Assembly (NCBI GenBank): GCA_040954595.2
Contig: CM082590.2
Coordinates: 9,115,764 to 9,179,763, forward strand
Direction of reading: 5' to 3'
Source of the DNA: Balanoglossus misakiensis
Taxonomy: Eukaryota; Animalia; Hemichordata
Length of the DNA stretch: 64,000 nucleotides
The notes below the pieces were generated by a model. That model was not told the origin of the DNA, did no database searches, and saw only the letters and a list, made by a program, of their open reading frames with translations. The position numbers were made by a program, and so were the translations under genes. The stretch's first letter is position 1, and every line of letters begins with the position of its first letter. Shown here piece after piece: positions 53,958 through 64,000 of this stretch.

Positions 53958-55632
53958 TAAGTAAGTGAGAAGTCATCAGTTGTATTTTGGTGTCACTATG
54001 CTCTGTTGGCAGTTACAGTTGTTTTCTAGTGCACAAACCAGTGTTTTTATTTACATAGTTTTAGATGCTTTTGAAAACTTGGAGTTATTTATTGTTTATC
54101 AGAGAAAAGGTCACCAGGTGTATTCCATGACTTGATTGACACTGATTTAAATGGTGCTATTCTGTGTTCAGTACTTTCATGTTAAAGGTAGTTATTTATC
54201 ATATTGTGTTACTGATTTATTATATACTATAGTTATATTGTGTTACTGATATATTGTTATATTTTGTTACAGTACTAATATATATTGTTACAGTACTGTC
54301 ATAATATATTGAGATATTTTGTTCCTGATATATATTGTTATTGCTTGTTATGATAAGGAGTTATTGAATAAACATTTACATACATATTTAAAAAAAAAAC
54401 TTGTGTTTATTTGTGTATGGTATTGTGTATGCTGGTTACATGATATATTTTTCAACAATCTAAGGACATGATTGTCATATTGAAAGTGGTGACCCGCACT
54501 GGCCCGCAACCCGCACCGGCCCGCAACCCGCAACCCGCACTGACCCGCAGCCCGCATGACCCGCACAATAGTTACACTCCGTTTACCTTACGTAAAGCAC
54601 ACTATCATGTCAGCGTCATCAATGATATTTTGCAGCGGCTGCATTTTCATGATGTAGTATTCTTTCGTCTGATATCGAAATTGTGTGGAGATATATCGAC
54701 TTATTTTTCTGATATGTTTGTTTCCTTCTAAATATCCGATATTTTATGGGAACATTTCGAATCAGGTAGGTTGTCATGGTATCCGCGCGTCTGTAAATTT
54801 ATTCACTTGACGCACGCCATCTTAAAAAACTGGAGAATTACTGAAAATTTGCACACAGATCATGTAGATATTTATCCTTTTTTTTTATGCTAGCTGATAT
54901 CTGGAGTTCCCCCCTTTTTTAGCAATAACTAATAATGTTTTATATTTGGTAAAACATCTCCGAAACCACGACCGTGTACAAAAAATGGCAAGAGATATTG
55001 ACCACGTGTCATATAACGTACGTGATCTACAGATTTAAAACCATTGCAGCTATTCCTTTTAGATATTCAGGCATATGCAAATCAAAGGGAAAAATAGTAC
55101 TATTGGATCTTTGCACAATTTGTGGTCAAAACTATTTTTCTCATCACATATCGCATGTCGATTGCTGTGAAATTTCGCTTCGCATACAATAATTCAGCAT
55201 TTCACCATCCCCAGACCAGATTATAGTTTTAATATACCTGAGAATTTACACTTTTTCTTTCTGAACGAAAATCTGTTACCAACCCAATCTCTCTCTAATG
55301 TAGATGTCTTTATGTGTCAGATTCAAGAACAGTACAACTCAATCTCTTTCTGCATGATTATTAACATGTTTTAATACTTTCGACTTATTCTAACAAATGA
55401 AAAGTGAATAATATATAATTGTAAAACTCTAAATACATGAAAAAAATTGACTGTGCATTTACTTTACTTCCGGATTCCTAAGTAAAAATAAAAGAAATCA
55501 TTTTGGGTAGATATTTAACTTTGGGGGCGCTGTGATTAGGTGTTGTCAGCACAGGACAACAGAGAGACTGCCTTTCATGTCTGTCCGGAAAAACACGACA
55601 ATTCTTCAACAAAAATAGATTTTTCCATCATC

Positions 55633-58600
55633 ATGGACGAAAGTGACCGTTTCACATTGAAACTCGGACCGAAATGTAACCTGATCGTGTCCGCAAACGC
55701 GATCAAGAACGGTTTGGATCAGGACATACAGTCGATGTCCGAAGACTGTGAGATGGAGAGTGGAATCACACCATCGGATATCAACAGTGAAATTAGACTC
55801 AGCGTACAAGGTAACATATTATATTCCTATACATTTTCTCATTATTCTCGCGAATAGCCATACTTTTTTACTTTATAAATATATATGTTGATCGCCTGTG
55901 TGTTGTCATGTTTTGACTTGTCCTGCAACTTGCTAGCTGATGTCAAAGGTTAAAGCATGAACCTAGTCATTCACCCATTACATATCATGTATTTTCAGAA
56001 GTTTTCAGGCAAAATGTTCTCAGATCTCCCCTTTCCTGAGCATTCGTGTTTTGCAATCAAAAAGCCAGAGTTAATTTTATGCGTTATATAAAGCCTGTAT
56101 GCGTTGATCAACCATGATGCATATAGTTTGTTATTGTTTGGATATCCAACTCCAGTTAGTTAGTCATTAGCTCCCTGACATCCAGCTAACTGGTGTCAAT
56201 GATGTCCATTGGAAATTTCCTTCCTGACCAGTTTCAAATGCTTATGTGGCATTTTCACATGAAAGGCGCTTCATATATATTCATTGAACATTTTTATTGT
56301 TGACGAAAGGATACAAGTCAGGACATGACATCAGTTTCAACAATAACAATGCTTATTGTACTGCATAATAGGTTATGTTGATGAGATTAGTACCAGGCAT
56401 TTCAGCATGTTATGGGGATTTGAAAAAATGTTTAGTTAATCCACAGAACAAAGATACTGAAGAAATAGCCAAACGCTACTTGAAGTACTGACTTTATCAT
56501 CTAAGATAAAAGTCTCAAAACTTTTCTCCTGCTTTGCTCAAGGGACAACTTTAGATTATTCTCTCTTTAAGAAAAACAAATTAGGGGCCACCTTGCAAAG
56601 TTTTGAATGATGGAGATCTTTCATTGGCTGGATCTCCACTTTCCATGGCAACCGTGGTTTAATGGACCTATCATTATTTGTGTTACAGACTGCTATGTGG
56701 CTTGGGAGGAAGCAAAGAGGAACCAGAGAGAAGAGAAACTCCGTGAATTTTTTGTAATGTGTACTCAGCGATTGCTGAATCACTTTGATGAAAAGACTCT
56801 AACCAGTAAAGGTGAGTATTTCGGGTCCAAATATTTTTAACCCTTTCACCACCATGGTTCAGTCCAAACCCATTGTTTTCTAGGGTACGGTTAGACCTCT
56901 AAAGAGAAAAATGGGGGTGAAAGGGTTAAGAGAATCAAAATCAAACTTTTTTGTACTTATCTGAGAAGTTCTTTGGGTTGGCCCAAAGCTTGTTGGGCTT
57001 GTTGTCATTGAATGCATACTTTGTTTTCTACTGAAACAGTTATCAAATTAAGGTAATCAATTTGTTTGACGTTTTTATCATTTTAATATTTCAGATAAGA
57101 TGATCATCTTGAATTTCCTCTGCTTGTGTGGAATTTTCAAGGTCAAAGGTAATAAGGATGTGGAGCCAGTGTCTTCCGTCAGTACAGATGACAAATCACT
57201 TCAGAATAAGGATGGACGTCTAAGTTCGTACGACTCAGAGACATTGACCAATGAGAGTTCTGGAGATTTCTCAGACGATGAAACCGAGGAGACACGCGGA
57301 AGGGATACGAAAATGCCAAGACGCACCACTGAGGGCGCTAAAAGGTGTGACACTGTCCAATCTATAGATGGAGAGTTGACGTCACCTCGGATAAAAACCG
57401 AGCCATTATCCCCAGGTCAGTGTGCTGGGAAAACTGATCAAGCAGAAATGCAAGGACACCAGGGTACCATAGAGGGCGCGGTTTCAAACGACAGTCTACC
57501 CCAGATGATGTCATTGCAGCCTTTGAAAGATTACCCTTTGACCTCTCCAGGAGTTGCTGTTGCTGGATTTTTACCATATGCCGGATGGCTGCAAGGGAAA
57601 GACAGCTTAGGGAATTATGGAGCTGGACGAGTAGACATGTTGTATCCGTTAAACAAGGTGGCAATGGTTGGTGCAAGTTTTAACCCCTACCAACAGAACT
57701 TGAACAGTATTGGGATTTTCAAGGAAACTGGTGTGAACGAACAAAGACCAGAGAATAATTCAAGTGATGGAAATGCCATGGAGGAAATGGTTAGGGCTGA
57801 ATGTGGAACAGCGAAAAATGTTCTCGGCAGTGTGGGTTATTTCAATGCAGGATTACTGAACAACCAGGATGATGTTGGAAATATGCAGGGAGAGAAAGTT
57901 CGACCGAAGAGAAAGCAGACAGTTCCGAGACGGAGCGTGCAGAATCCTGAAGGAGATGAGCCATTTCAGTGCGTGCAGTGTGACATGACTTTCAAACTGA
58001 AAGCTGAGCTGAAGGTTCACACGATGCAACATGACGGGGTGAAACTGTTTGAATGTGAGTTTTGCGACCGGACTTTCTTCAGTAACAAACAGTTGGTGTA
58101 TCACGTCCGTGTGCACTCTGGTGAGATGGCGTTCACGTGTGTAGAGTGTGGGAAGGCGTACCGCGATCGCAGTAATCTTCAGAAACATATGAAGACACAC
58201 TTGGGTGAGGGATTGTATACTTGCGAGGTCTGTGGCAAGGTTTCCATCCAGAAAAGTGATCACGCGAAACACATGCGACAGCATACTGGAGAGACACCAT
58301 TTAAATGCGATGAGTGTGGAAAATGTTTTAACGAAGTCAGTCAACTTTACCATCACGCGAAAGTCCATCAAGCCAAGAGTATTTTGTGTGAGTATTGCGG
58401 GCAGAGTTTCAGGATGAAATCTGCGTTGGAGGTGCACTTAAAGACGCACACTGAAGCATCTTATCCGTCGGGGAAGCCGCTGAAAGACGCTGAGAAAAAG
58501 CTTCATACATGCAAAATATGCGGCGAAGTTTGTCGGTCTCGAACGCAGTTGAAAACGCACAGACGAACGAAACACCGGAAGCCGCAATTCCCGTGCCATT

Positions 58601-59622
58601 TCTGCGGAGAATTTTACGAGAACCCGGATACGTTGCTGAGTCACGCGAAGGAAGCCCACGGACAAACTGCTCTTGCGCCGGAGAAAGTCTACGTGAACGG
58701 GAAACGAATGTTCAAGTGTCATAACTGCGGGAAGTGCTTCAAGGACCGGTGCGGGCTGACGCGCCACGTGAGAGGACACTCGGACAAAAAGCCGTTCTCC
58801 TGCGATCTCTGTGGCGCCGGCTTCCGGGCGAAACAGAACCTCATTGCGCACAAAGTGAAATACCAGCACGGAGAAAATGCTGATCCTACAGAACAGGTAT
58901 CGGGAAGCGCGCCGAGGTACCAGTGCGAGTTTTGCGATCGGGTCTTCAGTTGCAAAAACGATGTCGTGTATCATCGTACGACGCATACGGGAGAACGGGC
59001 GTATAAATGCCAGGAGTGCGGACAGGGGTTTAATGACAAGGCTAACCTGAGACTTCACATGAAGAGACACACAGGCGAAGGCGTCCACAAGTGTCACATC
59101 TGTGGCAAAGTCTGCATGCAGAGAGGTGACCTCAATAAACACATTCGCATTCACACCGGGGAGAAACCTTTCAAATGCGAGATGTGCCCGCGAGTCTTCA
59201 CCGAGCCCAGCTACATGTACAAACACATGCGGGTCCACACCGACAAGCCCTTCAAGTGCGAGCACTGCGACGAGAGGTTCGAGATGCGACGACTCCTGCA
59301 CAACCACAAGCGGGTGCACATGAACTTGGACTTCAAGTGCGACTACTGCACGATGACTTTCGGTAACAGGCACAACCTCCGACAACATATAATGAGAAAC
59401 CACGCCAGCGAGAAATACAGTAACGAGATTACGCTGAGTTCGGAAACAGCGTGGGAATTTATCCCAGTTGTTCAGGGACAAACCACAGAAACATCCGAGA
59501 AAACAGCTCCAAATTCTATCACAGTTCAAAGTTCTGGAGAATTCACTGTAACATCAGCTTCTGTGCCCACAGATTCAGTTTCGAATTCTGACACAGTATC
59601 TGTAAAGGACAACCCAAATTAA
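55633..59622 (+). CDS. Gene E: shared novel N-terminal domain + linker + 16 C2H2 zinc fingers
   Basis: Exons 55633-55810, 56689-56811 (123 nt) and 57095-59622, GT-AG and in frame with ORF 57100-59622. Sixteen fingers counted. Confidence 0.9.
56841..56925. mobile_element. piggyBac-like MITE, best-preserved copy
   Basis: TTAA|CCCTTTCACC ... GGTGAAAGGG|TTAA. Confidence 0.75.
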
Positions 59623-60594
59623 AGGTATACAGTCACCTCTATTCGAAAGAAACTATCACCAAACTCACAATTATGCAAGTCTGCCAAAGTAAAAGAGCAT
59701 TGTGGACAATAGACTGATCAATGCATCCATGGAATCTGGTGAAAATCTATCAAGTCCTCCACAAAACTTCTACAGACTAGTACATGCATTTGATACATTT
59801 CATATTGCAATAATTGTAAATTAGTTTATGTCTTCCATGCCAACCAAGCATTGAATACAAATGAGAGTTGAAATGCAGTATGATGTGTGGAGTAGAATTT
59901 GGATACTAGATTTTGTGAAGTCTTGGCCTAATGCAATAAGTCATTAAACAATGCATCCAGGAGTATATTTTGACTCTCACAGCCAGAAAATATATGGCTT
60001 ACTGTTAACATAGCAAGATCATGAGACATGCATAGTTGCATGAAATTTGTGGTAGTTCAAAAAATATTATGCATCAGTACATTTGTAGTTAAATTTGCAG
60101 CGCACAAAGATATTAACATGCCTACTGTGGAATAAAATGTATGCATAGTGACTCCTTTTTATTTTTAACCAGTGAGTTGTATTGTATTTAAAATCTTGGA
60201 CGAACTTGACATTCAGACTTGATTTTTCCAAGTGTGTATTATAATTACTCACAGAAACTTTCTTTCATTTGTACGATCCAGAAATATAGTTTTTATTCAT
60301 TAAATAGAGTACATGATACAACAATTCGTGATAGTCTCTTTCTTTATTTCACTTTGAAAATAACAACAGCACCTTATATGCAGTCTCTTTTACTCCCTCA
60401 CTATAATGGTTCAGTCCAAACCCATTGGAGAATGTAAAGTTGCCATGGTAATGACAGCAGATCATGTAACTATGGTAACGTTACTATGGCAATGAAAAGC
60501 TCCCCTGAGACTGCTGTAAATGAGCCGAGAAATGGGGATCTGAAATTTGCACATAAACAAACACAGAAAGAGGATGTGCGACTTTTATTCGGGG

Positions 60595-63500
60595 TCAACT
60601 ATTTTGTTGTTTCAAATGTTCAATGATTACATCCACAGCAGCTGGAAAGTCTTGACACACAACTGATGGTGGTGGTGATATCTTGTTCTCATCATTTGCT
60701 CTGTATTTTCCTGGAAAAATATAAAATGATGAAGCATTTATAGTCCATATCTGGAACGTGATGGTGGCTTAGAATTTTACACACATGATTCTTTGGGGGA
60801 TTTGGAAATCTTTGACTTTTGATGCAAAATTCTCAATTCAGTATTCATCTCTTAACAAATCTTAGGAAGTATGTAGTCTGAACTCCAGCTAAAACGGCAT
60901 CTGTTGTAATATAAACAGATAAACAGTAAAACCTGTCTAAACCGAACCCTGTTTAATCTGGAATCCTGTCTTTACAGAACAGTCTCATTTTCCAGTCCCT
61001 TCCAAATCTTTGATTATATTTATAAAGTTCTTCTTACCTGTCTGGACGAGAATTCCTTGCATGCCAGCATTTTGTGCCCCTCCAACATCATCCCGTACAT
61101 CCTAGAATGAGAAAACAGAAAATATACACTGAGATATCCAATGATACTCGAAGAATTGCTTGTCTAAACCGAACCCTGTCTAATCTGGAAACCTGTCTGT
61201 ATCGAATACATTCAGTTCCTTTTGCATAGAACCACATGTTAAAAGAACCTCGGTCTATAAACCGGGCACCTTTGCACACTGAACAACTTCTCTGGTCCCT
61301 TTGGTGTTCAGTTAAGACAGGTGTTACTGTTCTTTCATCTTTGAGATTTTTGCTTGTTTTTATTACATGCAGTCATATTGGAAGATAGATTGTTGTTCCA
61401 TACTGCATTAATGCATTTCTATATACTATAAACTCATAAATCGTGACATACATCACCAATCATGATTGTATTTTCTGCCTCCCATCCCAGGCCACTCAGC
61501 GCCGAAAGGAAGAATTCTCCCTGTGGTTTTCCGACAACAGTGGCTCTGCGATCCGTGGCGTATTCCAGACCCTCTACAAAAGGACCAGGACCAAGCGCCA
61601 AGCCGTCACTTCGCTTGTAGTATCTCGCTTTGTGAATTGCTATCAACGGATGACCTTCTAGGACCAGTCTGGAATTACATAAAAAAAGAAGAAGTCTGGA
61701 TTATAACAAAAACACAACTTCAGGTAATGTATGATACTGAATCAGTTACATATTAGTTTTTCTCAGTAGAATTTCTATAATATCTGAGGATGTATTGCAG
61801 TGTTTCATCTAGATGGGGGGATTCGCCCCATACTGACAAGTTGGCAAAGGGGGACATATATCCCCTGCTGAATGAAACACTGGTATTGTGAAAAGAATAA
61901 TCATGAAGCAACATCATTAAATAAACTTCCTCCTCAAAAAATTCACTTGGTGATCTTTTAGCTTAGAAGCTGAAAGATTCCTTGCTAACAAAAATGTTTC
62001 ACAGTACTTCTTCATGTACACAACCGGAATGTAAAACTCAAAATATTTTGGATTGAAAAAAAGATACTTGCCTGAATGCCTGGTTCATTGTCTCGTAATT
62101 GAAACAGTCTGGGGCAAGACCAACTACTACAGTGTTAGGATCATGGGTTGGGATACCTGTTGTAAAACAAATACATGTAGTAGAATATCACATCGTTTTA
62201 TGTTCCAATCTCATCAAAAAACAAAAAGAGAAACTATATGACAGGGGTGTAAAGTCAGTAACCAACCTTCAAAGTCTTTAATCGCAGTGTCTTGTAACAA
62301 TAACAGAGGTCTCAGATTCAGTTTCTCAACCAATCGTCTTGCAGCAGTCAGTGAAGTGAAGATCTCTTCCTCACCAATGTCAAAACCAAGACGTTTCAAT
62401 CTGTCGTGTAACACCCCTTTACATTCCTTGGTTGTGTTTGTCACAAATCGCAGAGCCAGGTTTGTTTCCCTCAGCCTAGAATGAAAAAAAGTTCATAGAG
62501 AATTAAAAAGACATTAGCTGGTTCTATTTCAGTGTTTTGTTCTGTGTACCTAATGTTCTTGTTGTACTCCAAACAGCATACAAATATACCCAGAACTCCG
62601 CTTGTCAACACAGCCTGTATGTGTGTAACAACCACGTTATTGTTGACAAGTGAATTCAAACTTTGCACAATAATAATGCTGACTATAGGTTGTGTTAATA
62701 AGTTGGATACTAGGTATTTCATCATGCTTCATTTGAACACGAAACTGAAGTAGACATACAAAACAAAAATACTAAAACATTGCTTTTTTGTAACAGGTGG
62801 TTAGCGGAGTTCATGCAGATTTGCCGACATCAACCACTGGAGTATTGAACATGGAGAAAGAAGACATTTCCAGTACAGGTTCATACAGTCAAAGCCACTC
62901 AACATCCCATGACTTCCCAGGAAATGTTTCAAGACATCACAGCTCGGTGAGTAAATCCTTTTGAGATCCACCAGCCCACTAGGAGCTCATAGTCCCCTCG
63001 CGCGGGTCGTTGGCTCGACCACAGTCTCCCTAGAGACGACCTTTGCAGGCGACGATGCCCGGGGCTTAGCAGCAAAAAAAAACCTACAACAGCACTTAAC
63101 CTAGCTTCAGTTTCAACCATATAGTCAACTGGTTCAACTGGCTTGTCAGAGCTACTAACTAACAACTGCTAGTCTATACAGCTTCAGGATATTGAATTAC
63201 TTTTGCTCACTTCTGCAGGAGTGTTTGCGATCATATACCGGTAGGATGCAGGAGTGATTCAATTACAGTCAGTGTGCCCACCAACAATGTATAATTTTTA
63301 AAGCTTTGAGTCATTTGAGGATTTCTCTGAGTCGACAGCCCTATATTTTTGTATGTGGTGTGGATAATTTTCTGGAGTCACCAGAGAGTTTGTTGAGTCA
63401 GTGGCGCGTCATATTGGCTTAGAGGACAGACACCCTGATTGCAGTAGAGTGGTTGGGACCACTTTCCCAGTATTTTCCCAGACTGGTTCAGTCGTCGTTG

Positions 63501-63662
63501 CTCTGTACGTGACCTAGCCGTGACCTGAACTTGACCTATACTTGACCTTTGAACTGCCCGCACTGCTCCCGGTATAGCGTTGTTGTCAATATGTAGAGTT
63601 CCACTCAAATCCACCAACACGGCCCCGGTCCGCGCCGCAGATAAACTCATGCCTTTCAACAT
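60595..63662 (-). CDS. HDHD2: Haloacid dehalogenase-like hydrolase domain-containing protein 2
   Basis: Exons 63662/63650-63547, 62475-62267, 62156-62072, 61668-61452, 61101-61038 and 60710-60595. Translation contains [71 protein letters not shown] and [10 protein letters not shown], all recognisable HDHD2 motifs. Confidence 0.95.
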
Positions 63663-63941
63663 CTATGGTGCGTGAGTCTGCAACACCAACAGCACAGAAA
63701 TGAACTTGTTAGATACATGTATATAAGGTCTCACATTCTGGTTCTTTCTTTATTCAAATGTGCAAGTCACTAAGGGTTGCAACGAATACAGGTGTACTGT
63801 GTAGAACAAATAATATGAACAAATATGTACTGACTGATACAGTTGGCACGGCATAGATACACACACAAATTCATTACACAAATGGAATATCTATTTTCGC
63901 TTTGTAGATACTAGAATTTTTTTTACACTGGCAGCTAGATC

Positions 63942-63998
63942 TTGGTTGTCTGCTACACACAGGTATTCATGGTTGTCTGCTACACACAGGTATTCATG
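63942..63998. repeat. 27-bp tandem repeat (two copies) at the window end
   Basis: TGGTTGTCTGCTACACACAGGTATTCA x2. Confidence 0.8.
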
Positions 63999-64000
63999 AT

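Larger units (their letters stand above)
48201..54579 (+). mobile_element. Mutator-like (MULE/MuDR) DNA transposon, 6379 bp, apparently full length
   Basis: 9-bp direct repeat CGTTTACCT at 48192-48200 and 54580-54588. Imperfect 22-bp TIR (CAGTATCGTTATTTTGCGGGTC vs GAGTGTAACTATTGTGCGGGTC, 16/22). Subterminal TGCGGG arrays. Internal transposase with DDE, CxxH and SWIM motifs. Confidence 0.9.

Noticed and set aside
57853-59529. Long antisense ORFs (194 and 363 aa), also 39592-40191 and 22334-22813
   Set aside because: Shadow ORFs typical of GC-rich C2H2 finger coding strands.

Overview
AT-rich, intron-containing animal genomic DNA, probably from a marine invertebrate (inference only). The first ~13 kb is non-coding and repetitive: degenerate tRNA-like modules, ~0.7-kb segmental repeats, an 88-bp satellite, and 639-bp and 80-bp tandem repeats. 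The rest is a cluster of DNA-binding-protein genes plus a DED-NACHT (NLR-type) gene, a 6.4-kb Mutator-like transposon and HDHD2. Two signals are not visible in the ORF track. (1) Five genes (A 14018-16501+, B 17419-22723+, C 34300-38988-, D 39529-41218-, E 55633-59622+) share an N-terminal ~100-aa domain I do not recognise. It is split over three exons, and the middle exon is exactly 123 nt (phase 1/1) in all five. Each copy is joined to a different DNA-binding module: CENP-B/pogo HTH, 4, 9 or 16 C2H2 fingers, or duplicated basic helices. This looks like a lineage-specific analogue of KRAB/ZAD/SCAN. (2) The transposon (48201-54579, 9-bp TSD) encodes a transposase with a GCM-like DNA-binding domain, and its ends carry inward-facing arrays of TGCGGG(T/C), the core of the GCM transcription-factor site. 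All gene models were spliced by hand; no database searches were run.
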